NCBI GenBank assembly: GCA_009837885.1
Contig: VXSP01000045.1
Span: forward strand, 325,526 to 389,525
Length of the DNA: 64,000 bases
Origin: Holophagales bacterium
GTDB taxonomy: Bacteria > Acidobacteriota > Thermoanaerobaculia > Multivoradales > Multivoraceae
Reading direction: 5' to 3'
A program made the position numbers and the translations under genes. Below the pieces are notes generated by a model. The model was given only the letters and a program-made list of their open reading frames with translations, was not told the origin of the DNA and did not search any database. Positions 48,972 to 58,730 of this stretch are shown here, piece after piece. Every line of letters begins with the position of its first letter. Positions within the stretch are counted from its first letter, which is position 1.

Positions 48972-50432
48972 ATGGCACAGAGTCAGGACAACACTCAGGA
49001 ACCCGTCGCCGGGCGTGCGCCGCTGATCGTCGGCGGTTACGACTTCCGTTCCCTGACGGAAGCGGTCGCGGTGCCGGTCGAGCGCAAGACGCCGATCGGC
49101 TGGTGGTTCTTCTTCCTGCCGTCGCTGGCGATGCTGGGCCTGTTCGGCGTTTCGATCGGCTGGCTGTTCTGGGAGGGCACCGGCATCTGGGGCCTGAACA
49201 ACCCGGTCAACTGGGGCTTCGCGATCGTCAACTTCGTCTTCTGGGTCGGCATCGGCCATGCCGGCACGTTGATCTCCGCGATCCTCTTCCTGTTTCGGCA
49301 GAAGTGGCGCACGTCGATCAACCGCGCGGCGGAGGCGATGACGATCTTCGCGGTCATGTGCGCCCTGGTCTTCCCGGGAATCCACGTCGGCCGCGTGTGG
49401 GTCGCCTACTGGATGTTCCCGCTGCCGAATCAGATGGACATGTGGCCGAACTTCCGCAGCCCGCTGATCTGGGACGTGTTTGCGGTGTCGATCTACGGCA
49501 CGGTGTCCCTGATGTTCTGGTACGTGGGCCTGATCCCGGATCTCGCGACGATCCGCGACCGCGCCAAGACGCGGATCAAGCAGATCGCCTACGGCATCTT
49601 CGCTCTCGGCTGGCGCGGTTCGCACCGGAACTGGCTCCACTACGAGCGGGCCTACCTGATGCTGGCCGGTCTGGCGACGCCGCTGGTTCTCTCCGTCCAC
49701 TCGGTCGTGTCGATGGACTTCGCCACCGCCCAGTTGCCGGGCTGGCACACGACGATCTTCCCGCCGTACTTCGTCGCCGGGGCGATCTTCTCAGGCTTCG
49801 CCATGGTCATGACCCTGATGCTGATCTGCCGGGTCCTGTTCAAGATGGAGGACATCATCACGATGCGCCACCTCGAGAACATGGCCAAGATCATGCTGCT
49901 GACGGGGTGCATGGTCGGTTACGCCTACGGCATCGAGATGTTCATCGCCTGGTACAGCGGCAACCCGTACGAGCAGTTCGCCTTCGCCAACCGGGCCCTC
50001 GGGCCCTACGCCTGGGCCTACTGGATCATGGTGAGCTGCAACGTGCTCACGCCGCAGTTGTTCTGGTTCAAGAAGATGCGCAACCACATCGGCTGGCTGT
50101 TCATCTCCTCGATCCTGATCAACATCGGCATGTGGTTCGAGCGTTTCGTCATCGTCACCTCGTCGCTGCACCGCGACTTCCTGCCCGCGAACTGGGACTA
50201 CTACCAGGCGACCTTCTGGGACTTCGCTTCGCTGATCGGCAGCTTCGGCCTGTTCTTCACGATGTTCTGCCTGTTCGCCCGGTTCCTGCCGCTGGTGGCG
50301 ACGGCGGAGGTCAAGACCGTGCTGCCGGAGGCCGACCCGCACCAGGGCGAGGAACTGGTGCGCGTGGTGCCAGCCGGCTCCGGAGTGGAACCCGCGCCGC
50401 AGGCGGCGCCGGCCGGCGGGGGAGGGTCCTGA
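48972..50432 (+). CDS. actC: NrfD/PsrC-family polytopic membrane protein, alternative complex III ActC-like
   Basis: 486 aa, about 10 TM, NrfD-like profile. Followed by DUF3341 and a second NrfD-like gene, as in act operons. Confidence 0.6.
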   Translation: MAQSQDNTQEPVAGRAPLIVGGYDFRSLTEAVAVPVERKTPIGWWFFFLPSLAMLGLFGVSIGWLFWEGTGIWGLNNPVNWGFAIVNFVFWVGIGHAGTLISAILFLFRQKWRTSINRAAEAMTIFAVMCALVFPGIHVGRVWVAYWMFPLPNQMDMWPNFRSPLIWDVFAVSIYGTVSLMFWYVGLIPDLATIRDRAKTRIKQIAYGIFALGWRGSHRNWLHYERAYLMLAGLATPLVLSVHSVVSMDFATAQLPGWHTTIFPPYFVAGAIFSGFAMVMTLMLICRVLFKMEDIITMRHLENMAKIMLLTGCMVGYAYGIEMFIAWYSGNPYEQFAFANRALGPYAWAYWIMVSCNVLTPQLFWFKKMRNHIGWLFISSILINIGMWFERFVIVTSSLHRDFLPANWDYYQATFWDFASLIGSFGLFFTMFCLFARFLPLVATAEVKTVLPEADPHQGEELVRVVPAGSGVEPAPQAAPAGGGGS

Positions 50433-50433
50433 C

Positions 50434-51042
50434 ATGGGCCTGATGACCCTGGACGTGCCGGAAGCGTCGGCGGGTTACAGCCACTACGGTGTGCTGGCCC
50501 GCTTCGAAACCGCGAAGGCGCTCTACCGGGCCTGTGAGGCGGTCCGGGACGCCGGCTACTCGAAGTGGGACGCGCTGACGCCGTTTCCGGTTCATGGTCT
50601 CGAGAAGGCGATGGGGCTGAAGCCGTCCAGGCTGCCGTTCCTCGTGCTGGCCACGGGACTTTCCGGCGCCGGGCTCGGCTTCGCCCTGCAGAGCTGGGTC
50701 CACATCAAGGGCTACCCGCTGATCATCAGCGGCAAGCCGCTGTTCACCTGGCCCGCCTTCGTGCCGGTCACCTTCGAGCTCGGAGTGCTCGGCGCTGCGC
50801 TGGGGGCGGTGCTCGGCATGTTCGCCTTCAACAAGTTGCCCACCTACCACCATCCGCTCTTCCGGTCGAAGAACTTCGCGCGCGTGACGGACGACGGTCT
50901 GTTCATCGCCATCGAGGCCTGGGATCCGAAGTACGACGACCAGGACACCGCGGAGTTCCTGAGCAGGCTCGGCGCGGTCGAGGTGGAGCACGTGCCGATC
51001 GACGATCCCGCGGACGACGGTGACGGGGGAGGCGCCGCCTGA
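50434..51042 (+). CDS. actD: DUF3341 membrane protein, ACIII ActD-like
   Basis: 202 aa. Soluble N-terminal part followed by 2 TM. Position between the two NrfD-like genes. Confidence 0.55.
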   Translation: MGLMTLDVPEASAGYSHYGVLARFETAKALYRACEAVRDAGYSKWDALTPFPVHGLEKAMGLKPSRLPFLVLATGLSGAGLGFALQSWVHIKGYPLIISGKPLFTWPAFVPVTFELGVLGAALGAVLGMFAFNKLPTYHHPLFRSKNFARVTDDGLFIAIEAWDPKYDDQDTAEFLSRLGAVEVEHVPIDDPADDGDGGGAA

Positions 51043-52277
51043 TGGCCCACGGACCGCGCATCGTTCATCTCGATCAATTGGTCATCCGGCCGGGCAGCGG
51101 CTGGGCGCGCCTGCCTTTGATCGCGGGCGCGGTCGGCGTCGTCTTCACGGTCGTGTCGATCGTGCTGGCGATGGGGTCAAAAGAGAGCACCAAGCAGTTC
51201 TTCCACTCCTGGCTCGTCGCCGTCGTCTTCTTCCTCTGCATCGGTCTCGGCTGCCTGTTCTTCGTGCTGATTCACCACGCGACGAAGGCCGGCTGGGGCG
51301 TCGTGGTGCGCCGTCTGGCCGAGAACCTGGCCTGCACGGTGCCTGTGCTGGCCGTCCTGTTCATTCCGGTCGTGGCCCTGGGCATGTACGACCTGTTCCA
51401 CTGGACCCACGCCGACGCCGTGGCGCACGACCGGTTGCTGCAGGTCAAGGAACCGTGGCTCAACGAGACCGGCTTCTGGATTCGGACCGTCATCTACTTC
51501 GTGATCTGGAGTGGGCTGGCCCTCTACTTCCGGAACGCGTCGCGGCGCCAGGATGACAGCGGAGACGAGGCCCTTTCCCACCGGATGGCGCGATTCAGCC
51601 CCGTCGCGGTCGCCATGTTTGCCGTGACGCTGACGTTCGCCGGTTTCGACTGGCTGATGTCGCTGGAGCCGCACTGGTACTCGACGATGTTCGGCGTCTA
51701 CTTCTTCGCCGGTACGGTCGTCTCGGCGTTCGCGGCGCTTACGGTCCTCACCCTGGCCTTCGAACGGTCGGGCCACTTCCGGGGCGTGATCACCGGCGAG
51801 CACTTCCACGATCTCGGCAAGCTGCTGTTCGCCTTCACGGTCTTCTGGGCCTACATCGCCTTCAGCCAGTTCTTCCTCATCTGGTACGCGAACATCCCGG
51901 AGGAGACGAACTGGTTCCTGAGCCGGCTGCACGGCACGGCCGACAATCCGGCGAACTGGCGCCCGGCGACCCTGCTTCTGGCCATCGGCCACTTCGCCGT
52001 CCCGTTCTTCTTCCTCATGCCCCGGACGATCAAGCGCAACCGCACCCTGCTGCTGATCGGCGCCCTCTGGATGCTGGCCATGCACCTCTGGGACGTGTTC
52101 TGGCTGGTCATGCCGAACCTGCACCGGGAGATGACGTTCTCCCTGCTCGACCTGACCTCGCTGCTCGGCGTGGGCGGCGTGTTCCTGGCAACCGCGGGCT
52201 GGCTGCTGGGCCGCGGCTCGCTGGTGCCGTCCCGCGATCCGCGGCTGGTCGAGTCGCTGGCCTTCGAGAACATCTGA
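51042..52277 (+). CDS. actF: NrfD-like membrane protein, ACIII ActF-like (quinone-binding subunit 2)
   Basis: 411 aa polytopic. TGATG overlap with actD. No cytochrome c (ActE) gene lies between. Confidence 0.55.
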   Translation: MAHGPRIVHLDQLVIRPGSGWARLPLIAGAVGVVFTVVSIVLAMGSKESTKQFFHSWLVAVVFFLCIGLGCLFFVLIHHATKAGWGVVVRRLAENLACTVPVLAVLFIPVVALGMYDLFHWTHADAVAHDRLLQVKEPWLNETGFWIRTVIYFVIWSGLALYFRNASRRQDDSGDEALSHRMARFSPVAVAMFAVTLTFAGFDWLMSLEPHWYSTMFGVYFFAGTVVSAFAALTVLTLAFERSGHFRGVITGEHFHDLGKLLFAFTVFWAYIAFSQFFLIWYANIPEETNWFLSRLHGTADNPANWRPATLLLAIGHFAVPFFFLMPRTIKRNRTLLLIGALWMLAMHLWDVFWLVMPNLHREMTFSLLDLTSLLGVGGVFLATAGWLLGRGSLVPSRDPRLVESLAFENI

Positions 52278-52396
52278 GACGTTCAGGGGCCCTCCCAGTC
52301 CGTCAGCCGTTCGCCTTGTTCAGTCCGCCGGTCCTTGCTACGCTGCGCACCGTCTCAGGACCTCTTGCAACACCTCTCCCGTCAAGGAGCATCGAC

Positions 52397-53113
52397 ATGA
52401 TTCCGAAGCAGACGATTCGCGTCTGTGCCGTTCTTCTCGCCTTCGCCCTGGCTTCCTCCTCGGTTGCGCTCGGCGGCACGATTGTCGGCAAAGTCACGTA
52501 CGAAGGCCGGACGCCCCCGCAACGCCCGATGAGGATGGACGCGGACCCCAAGTGCGCCGAGAAGCACAGTGGCACGGTCCTCGACCAGACCTTCATGATC
52601 GGGGATGGCGGCGCCTTCGCCAACGTCTTCCTGGTGATTACCGAGGGCCTGGACGGGAAGTCGTTCGACACGCCTTCGCAGCCGGTGGTCATGGACCAGA
52701 ACGGCTGCATCTACACGCCACGCGTCATGGGCATCCAGGTCGGGCAGCAGTTCAAGGTGAAGAACTCGGACGGCCTGCTGCACAACGTCCACTCCCTGTC
52801 CAAGGACAACCCCCCGTTCAACCGGGCGATGCCGGCCAGCGTGACGGAGGCCGACTACAGCTTCGACAAGACGGAGCGCTTCCGCATCAAGTGCGACGTC
52901 CACCCCTGGATGACGTCCTGGGTGACGGTCGTCGATCATCCGTTCTACGCGGTTTCGGGCGCCGACGGCAGTTTCCGCATCGAGAATGTTCCGGCCGGCA
53001 CCTACACGATCGAGGCCCGGCATGAGTTCGAGAGGTTCAGGATCTACTCGGAGACCGTCGAGGTCGGCGACAGTGGCGAAGCGACGGTGAACTTCGTCTT
53101 CAAGCCGGAGTAG
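52397..53113 (+). CDS. Cupredoxin (amicyanin-like type-1 copper) protein, paralogue 2, secreted
   Basis: ATG at 52397 with AAGGAG SD. Signal peptide. LHNVHS ... CDVHPWM ligand set. Same architecture as 48022..48816. Confidence 0.55.
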   Translation: MIPKQTIRVCAVLLAFALASSSVALGGTIVGKVTYEGRTPPQRPMRMDADPKCAEKHSGTVLDQTFMIGDGGAFANVFLVITEGLDGKSFDTPSQPVVMDQNGCIYTPRVMGIQVGQQFKVKNSDGLLHNVHSLSKDNPPFNRAMPASVTEADYSFDKTERFRIKCDVHPWMTSWVTVVDHPFYAVSGADGSFRIENVPAGTYTIEARHEFERFRIYSETVEVGDSGEATVNFVFKPE

Positions 53114-53154
53114 ACGAGGCAACCCCAGAAAGTAGCTAGAAAGGAGCGGCGTCC

Positions 53155-54912
53155 ATGGCGGAGCCCGTTCACGCTTCACCTGCACACGACGAGCATCACC
53201 ACGAGCAGAGCTTCTGGCGGAAGTACATCTTCTCGACCGATCACAAGGTGATCGGCGTCCAGTACTCGGTCACGGGTCTGGCGTTTCTCCTCTTCGGGTT
53301 CGTCCTGATGATGGTGATGCGCTGGAACCTCGCCTACCCGGGCGAGCCGATTCCCTTCATCGGCTCGCTCCTCGGCGAGAACCGGGCGCCCGGCGGCATC
53401 ATGCTGCCGGACTTCTACAACGAGCTCGGCGCCATGCACGGCACGATCATGGTGTTCCTGGGGGTCGTGCCGCTGGCGGTCGGCGGCTTCGGCAACTTCG
53501 TCATGCCGCTGCAGCTCGGCGCCCCGGACATGGCCTTCCCGCGGATCAACATGATCAGCTACTGGTGCCTGTTCCTGGGCGGCGTGACGATGTTCGCCAG
53601 CTTCTTCCTGCCGAACGGCGCCGCGGGCAACGGCTGGACCTCCTACTCGCCGCTGGCCGACATCGCGCTGAACGGCCAGACCGCCTGGCTGATCGGGATG
53701 ATCTTCCTGATCACGTCGTCCCTGCTGGGCGCGGTCAACTTCATCACCACGGCGATCCAGCTCCGGGCTCCGGGCATGACCTGGATGCGACTGCCCTTCT
53801 TCTGCTGGGCGCAGATCGTGACCGCCTTCCTCCTGCTGCTGGCCTTCCCGCCGCTCGAGGCCGCGGGCGTGCTGCAGTTGATGGACCGGGTCGCGAACAC
53901 CAGTTTCTTCATTCCGGAGGGCCTGGTGGTCGGTGGCGAAGTGGTCGACCGGAGCGGAGGCGGCAGCCCGCTGCTCTGGCAGCACCTGTTCTGGTTCCTG
54001 GCCCACCCGGAGGTCTACGTGCTCATCCTGCCGGCGATGGGGATCGTCGCCGAGGTGATCGCGAACAACTCCCGCAAGCCGCTCTGGGGTTACCGCTCGA
54101 TGGTCTACTCCCTGATCTTCCTCGGCTTCATGAGCTTCATCGTCTGGGCGCACCACATGTTCATCACCGGCATGGGCTCGGTGATGTCGACCTTCTTCCA
54201 GACGACGACGATGATCATCTCGATCCCGTCGGTCATCATCCTGAGCGCGCTCTTCATCTCGCTGTGGGGCGGTTCCATCCGCTACAACACGCCGATGCTG
54301 TTCGCGCTCGGCTTCCTGCCGATGTTCGGCATAGGAGGGCTGACCGGGCTGCCGCTCGGTCTCTCGGCGGCGGACATCCCGCTCCACGACACCTACTACG
54401 TGATCGGGCACTTCCACTACGTGGTGGCGCCCGGAACCCTGTTCGCGCTGTTCGCCGGCGTCTACTACTGGTTCCCCAAGGTGACGGGGCGCAAGATGAA
54501 CGAGTTCCTGGGCAAGCTCCACTTCTGGCCCTCGCTCGTCTTCATGAACGGGGTTTTCTTCCCGATGATGATCCAGGGCCTGAACGGCGTATCGCGCCGG
54601 CTCGCCGACGGCGGCATCACTTACGACTTCGCGGGCGAGGTCGCCGGGCTGAACCGGATGATGTCGGTTTCGGCCTGGTGCCTGGCGGTGGCGCAGATTC
54701 CGTTCATCATCAACTTCTTCATGAGCATCCGGAACGGCGAGAAGGCCGGACGCAACCCCTGGAACTCGACCACCGTCGAGTGGCTGGCGCCGTCGCCGGC
54801 TCCGCACGGCAACTTCGATCAGCCGATCGAGGTTGTGCGCGGGCCGTACGAGTACAGCGTCCCGGGTAGCGACAAGGACTACGTCCCACAGGCCGAACCG
54901 GCCTCAACCTGA
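53155..54912 (+). CDS. coxA: Cytochrome c oxidase subunit I (heme-copper oxidase, A-type)
   Basis: AAAGGAG SD. Canonical CuB/heme ligands are readable (WAHHMF, GHFHYV). 12+ TM, 585 aa. Confidence 0.95.
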   Translation: MAEPVHASPAHDEHHHEQSFWRKYIFSTDHKVIGVQYSVTGLAFLLFGFVLMMVMRWNLAYPGEPIPFIGSLLGENRAPGGIMLPDFYNELGAMHGTIMVFLGVVPLAVGGFGNFVMPLQLGAPDMAFPRINMISYWCLFLGGVTMFASFFLPNGAAGNGWTSYSPLADIALNGQTAWLIGMIFLITSSLLGAVNFITTAIQLRAPGMTWMRLPFFCWAQIVTAFLLLLAFPPLEAAGVLQLMDRVANTSFFIPEGLVVGGEVVDRSGGGSPLLWQHLFWFLAHPEVYVLILPAMGIVAEVIANNSRKPLWGYRSMVYSLIFLGFMSFIVWAHHMFITGMGSVMSTFFQTTTMIISIPSVIILSALFISLWGGSIRYNTPMLFALGFLPMFGIGGLTGLPLGLSAADIPLHDTYYVIGHFHYVVAPGTLFALFAGVYYWFPKVTGRKMNEFLGKLHFWPSLVFMNGVFFPMMIQGLNGVSRRLADGGITYDFAGEVAGLNRMMSVSAWCLAVAQIPFIINFFMSIRNGEKAGRNPWNSTTVEWLAPSPAPHGNFDQPIEVVRGPYEYSVPGSDKDYVPQAEPAST

Positions 54913-54932
54913 CCGTTCGAGGACCTCAAGAG

Positions 54933-55532
54933 ATGGAAATCCCCTACACGGTAGAGGCCCACCCCGAAACCGGCCTCAACAACGGGAAGATCGGGATCTG
55001 GCTGTTCCTGACCTCGGAGGTCATGCTGTTCGGGGCGTTGTTCGCCACGTTCATCATGCTGCGCCTGGGATCGGACGGCAACTGGGCCGCGATGCAGGCG
55101 GAAGCGGAGCTCAACATTCCGCTGGCGACGCTCAACACGGCCGTGCTGATCGCCTCCAGTCTGACGATGGTCATGGCCTGGGCGTCGCTGATGCGCGGGC
55201 AACTGGGCCGGTTCAAGCTGTTCGGCTGGCTGACCGTCGCCTGCGGCGGCGTCTTCTTGGTCATCAAGTACTTCGAGTACACGGCGAAGTTCGAGCACCA
55301 CCACTACCCGGAGTCGAGCACCTTCCTCGCCATCTACTTCGCGATGACGGGCCTCCACGCCCTGCACGTGATCGGCGGCATGGCCTGGAACGCCTACTTC
55401 ACCGGGCCGGGGTCGAAGCTTTTCCACACGAACCGGCAGTGGCTGACCGACCGGGTCGAGCACTCCGGTCTGTTCTGGCACTTCGTCGACCTGGTCTGGA
55501 TCTTCCTCTTCCCCGTCTTCTACCTGCTGTAG
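54933..55532 (+). CDS. coxC: Cytochrome c oxidase subunit III (short 5-TM form)
   Basis: 199 aa. Conserved subunit III motifs are present (IWLFLTSEVMLFG, WHFVDLVW). Confidence 0.85.
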   Translation: MEIPYTVEAHPETGLNNGKIGIWLFLTSEVMLFGALFATFIMLRLGSDGNWAAMQAEAELNIPLATLNTAVLIASSLTMVMAWASLMRGQLGRFKLFGWLTVACGGVFLVIKYFEYTAKFEHHHYPESSTFLAIYFAMTGLHALHVIGGMAWNAYFTGPGSKLFHTNRQWLTDRVEHSGLFWHFVDLVWIFLFPVFYLL

Positions 55533-55584
55533 CGGACATCTGCCGCCCTGAATCCCTGGTCTACCCTGGAGCGAGTCGCATTCC

Positions 55585-55914
55585 ATGAGTGAACACGTCG
55601 ATATCGACAAGCAGGTCCGCGTCTACTTCCTGGTTTTCGGCGCCCTGATGGTGGGTACGCTCGTCACGGTTCTTGCGGCGGAACTCGATGTTTCGGTGCC
55701 GGTGGCCCTCACCATCGGCCTGTTCATCGCCACCGCCAAGGCGTCGCTGGTCGCCTGCTTCTTCATGCACCTGATCGACGAGAAGAAGATCATCTACTGG
55801 ACGCTGGCCCTGACCGTCGCGTTCTTCATCGCCCTGATGGCGTTGCCGCTCCTGACCTCGGTAGCGGACCAGGTAGGGGAGTTCGCCGAAGTCGAGGCGC
55901 ACGAGCCGCACTGA
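55585..55914 (+). CDS. Cytochrome c oxidase subunit IV (prokaryotic CoxD/CtaF-like)
   Basis: 109 aa, 3 TM, in the typical position after subunit III. Confidence 0.6.
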   Translation: MSEHVDIDKQVRVYFLVFGALMVGTLVTVLAAELDVSVPVALTIGLFIATAKASLVACFFMHLIDEKKIIYWTLALTVAFFIALMALPLLTSVADQVGEFAEVEAHEPH

Positions 55915-55933
55915 CGATCCCGCTGAACGCGTC

Positions 55934-56407
55934 ATGAACCTGAAGGTCATTCACATCGTCTTCGTCGGCAGCGCCATTCTCCTGGCGCTGTTCTTCGGCG
56001 GCTGGTGTCTGGCGCAGGGGAGCGCGTTCGCGGTGGGCGCCGTTCTTTCCTTCGCGGTCGCGGCTGCGCTCGTCTGGTACGGCATCTGGTTCTGGCGCAA
56101 GATCACGACGCCCGAAGAGGAGTGGGCTCGCCGGCGCAAGCTGTTCCGCACGATTCCCGTTGCCGTGGTCGTCTGGCTCTTCGCCTCCGAGCCGGCGGCC
56201 TGGGCCTGCTCGGTCTGCTACGGGGCCGCTGAAGGGTCGATGATCGACGCGGCCCGGGCCGGGGTGTGGTTCCTGCTGGCGGCCGTGTTCGTGATGCAGG
56301 GGGCCTTCGTTCTCTTCTTTCTCTATCTCCGGCGCCGTGCCCGGCGTCTGCGAACCGACCCGGTGCCGCCCTGGTGGAGCACCGTTGAGGAGCCTGTCAA
56401 GTCATGA
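55934..56407 (+). CDS. Hypothetical 4-TM membrane protein with a CSVCYG motif, embedded in the oxidase operon
   Basis: 157 aa hydrophobic ORF. The CxxC sits at a TM boundary. ATGA overlap with the coxB start. Confidence 0.45.
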   Translation: MNLKVIHIVFVGSAILLALFFGGWCLAQGSAFAVGAVLSFAVAAALVWYGIWFWRKITTPEEEWARRRKLFRTIPVAVVVWLFASEPAAWACSVCYGAAEGSMIDAARAGVWFLLAAVFVMQGAFVLFFLYLRRRARRLRTDPVPPWWSTVEEPVKS

Positions 56408-57207
56408 TGGATGCCATGTTCCCGGCCGCGGCGTCGGAGCACGCCGGCCGGATCGACAACATGATCGACGCGGTGCACTACCTGATGCTCGCGCTCTTCA
56501 TCGTCTGGGGCGTGTTCTTCGTGTACGTGCTGATGCGCTTCCGCGCCAGCCGCAACCCGAAGGCGGACTACGTCGGCGTCAAGAGCAAGATGAGCACTTA
56601 TGGTGAAGTCGCCGTGGCGATCGCGGAAGGGATTCTCCTGCTCGGCTTCTCGATTCCCATGTGGGCGGAACGGGTGGACGAAGTGCCGCCGGAGTCCGAG
56701 GCGACGGTCGTGCGGGTCGTGGCGCAGCAGTTCGCGTGGAACGTCTGGTATCCGGGGGCCGACGGCGAGTTCGGCGCGCAGGACCTGTCACTGATAGACG
56801 AGGCGACCAATCCGATCGGCCTCGACCGCGACAGCGAGGCCGGCGCCGACGACATCTGGACGGTGAACCAGTTGCACCTCCCGGTCGACAAGGCGGCGAT
56901 CATCCACCTGACGTCCAAGGACGTGATCCACAGCTTCAACCTGCCGAACATGCGGATCAAGCAGGACACGATCCCGGGCATTTCGATTCCGGTCTGGTTC
57001 GTTCCCACCAAGACCACCGCCCAGATCCGCGAAGAGACCGGAAACCCGGACTACGTCTACGAGATCGCCTGCGCCCAACTCTGCGGCAACAGCCACTACT
57101 CGATGCGCGGCTTCCTGACCGTGCACACCGAGGAGGAGTTCCAGGCCTGGCTCGACGAGGAGGCGTCCTACCTCACCGGCAGCGACGACGACTTCTTCGA
57201 CTTCTAG
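56404..57207 (+). CDS. coxB: Cytochrome c oxidase subunit II (CuA), without a fused cytochrome c domain
   Basis: 2 N-terminal TM helices. CuA ligands are present (HSF...CAQLCGNSHYSM). The protein ends soon after CuA, so this is an aa3-type rather than caa3-type subunit. Confidence 0.9.
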   Translation: MMDAMFPAAASEHAGRIDNMIDAVHYLMLALFIVWGVFFVYVLMRFRASRNPKADYVGVKSKMSTYGEVAVAIAEGILLLGFSIPMWAERVDEVPPESEATVVRVVAQQFAWNVWYPGADGEFGAQDLSLIDEATNPIGLDRDSEAGADDIWTVNQLHLPVDKAAIIHLTSKDVIHSFNLPNMRIKQDTIPGISIPVWFVPTKTTAQIREETGNPDYVYEIACAQLCGNSHYSMRGFLTVHTEEEFQAWLDEEASYLTGSDDDFFDF

Positions 57208-57234
57208 GAGCCTGGCCGCGAGGCCGGTTCCTTC

Positions 57235-57262
57235 ACTGGGTGCGCCGGCGTCCCCGCCGGCT
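57235..57262 (+). repeat. REP-like conserved hairpin copy C (ACTGGGTGCGCCGGCGTCCCCGCCGGC), 28 nt after the coxB stop; flanked by 18-nt direct repeats
   Basis: Same element as copies A and B. Flanking GGCCGCGAGGCCGGTTCC (57214..57231) and GGCCGCAAGGCCGGTTCC (57290..57307). Shared downstream GCTCTGGGTGTmCGCT with copy B. Confidence 0.5.
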
Positions 57263-57335
57263 GCCGCCGGAGGCGGTGAGGAAACGTACCGGCCGCAAGG
57301 CCGGTTCCCTATGCTCTGGGTGTACGCTCTGAAGA

Positions 57336-58730
57336 ATGAGCGGTTGCACACCCCTCTGGGGCCGCCGCGAGCTGTTGAAGGCGGCCTGGGTAGGGCCTTC
57401 GGCGGCGGCCGCCGCGTTTAGCGCCCACGCCGCGGCGAGTCAGGAAGCTGACGAAGACGACGCCGCGGGGCAGCCGGCCGAAGAGGCGCTCAAGGCATAC
57501 CGGGCGGGCTTCGCCGCTCCGCCGCTCGAGCGGGTGCGGATCGGTTTCGTCGGCGTCGGCCTTCAGGGCGGCGGCCACGTCCGGAACTTCCTCCGCATCG
57601 AGGGGGTCGATCTCGTGGCGGTCTGCGACATCGACGAGCGTCGCGCCGAGGAGGTGGCCTCGTGGATCGTCGACGCGGACAACGAGCCGCCCGAGCTCTA
57701 CACCCGGGGCGAGACGGACTTCAAGCGTCTCTGCGAGCGCGACGATATCGACCTCGTCTTCAACTCGACCCCCTGGCGGTGGCACGTTCCCGTCTGCGTC
57801 GAGGCGATGGAAACCGGGAAGCACACCGCGGTCGAGGTGCCGGCCGCGATCACGCTCGAGGGCTGCTGGCGTCTGGTCGAGACCGCCGAACGCACCGCGC
57901 GGCACTGCGTGATGATGGAGAACTGCAACTACGGCCGCAGCGAGATGATGGTCCTGAACATGGTGCGCCAGGGCCTGCTGGGAGACCTTCTTCACGGCGA
58001 GGCGGCCTACATTCATGACCTGCGGTCGATCAAGTTCTCCGATCGCAACGAGGGACTGTGGCGCCTGCAGCACTCGGTGGAACGGAACGCGAACCTCTAC
58101 CCGACCCATGGCCTTGGGCCAGTAGCCCAGTGCATGGACATCAACCGGGGCGACTGCTTCGACTACCTCGTCTCGCTGTCGAGCCCGGCCAAGGGGCTGG
58201 CGCTCTACGCGGCGGAACGGTTCGGCGCCGACGATCCGCGGGCCAGGGTCCGCTACGCCCTGGGTGACATGAACTCGAGCCTGATCCGGACGCGGCGCGG
58301 GCGCAGCATCCTGCTGCAGCACGACACGACGACGCCCAGACCGTACAGCCGGCTCAACCTGGTGCAGGGTACCCGCGGCGTGTTCGCGGGGTTTCCGGAC
58401 CGGATCTTCATCGAAGGCGAGGCCGAGGGGCACGAGTGGAGCGATGTCGAGCCCTACCGGGAGCGCTTCGAGCATCCGTTGTGGGCGGAGCGGTCCGGCG
58501 ATGCCGAGGGCGCCGGCCACGGCGGCATGGACTACCTCGAGGACTACCGGCTGGTCCGCTGTCTGCTCGAGGGCACGCCCACCGACATGGACGTCTACGA
58601 CGCGGCGGCGCTGTCGGCGCCGGTCGAGTTGAGCGAACTCTCGGTCGCCCGGGGCAGCGAGCCGGTCGAGTTCCCCGACTTCACCCGCGGCGCCTACCGG
58701 ACGCGGCCGCCGCTGGGGATCGTCGCCTGA
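57336..58730 (+). CDS. TAT-secreted Gfo/Idh/MocA-family NAD-binding oxidoreductase (GH109-like)
   Basis: Twin-arginine motif RRELLKAAWVG. IGFVGVGLQGGGH Rossmann motif. EVPAAIT region. Confidence 0.8.
   Translation: MSGCTPLWGRRELLKAAWVGPSAAAAAFSAHAAASQEADEDDAAGQPAEEALKAYRAGFAAPPLERVRIGFVGVGLQGGGHVRNFLRIEGVDLVAVCDIDERRAEEVASWIVDADNEPPELYTRGETDFKRLCERDDIDLVFNSTPWRWHVPVCVEAMETGKHTAVEVPAAITLEGCWRLVETAERTARHCVMMENCNYGRSEMMVLNMVRQGLLGDLLHGEAAYIHDLRSIKFSDRNEGLWRLQHSVERNANLYPTHGLGPVAQCMDINRGDCFDYLVSLSSPAKGLALYAAERFGADDPRARVRYALGDMNSSLIRTRRGRSILLQHDTTTPRPYSRLNLVQGTRGVFAGFPDRIFIEGEAEGHEWSDVEPYRERFEHPLWAERSGDAEGAGHGGMDYLEDYRLVRCLLEGTPTDMDVYDAAALSAPVELSELSVARGSEPVEFPDFTRGAYRTRPPLGIVA

Noticed and set aside
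48938-50443. 501-aa ORF overlapping actC in another frame
   Set aside because: R/G/D/H-rich nonsense product. The 486-aa frame is strongly hydrophobic and NrfD-like.
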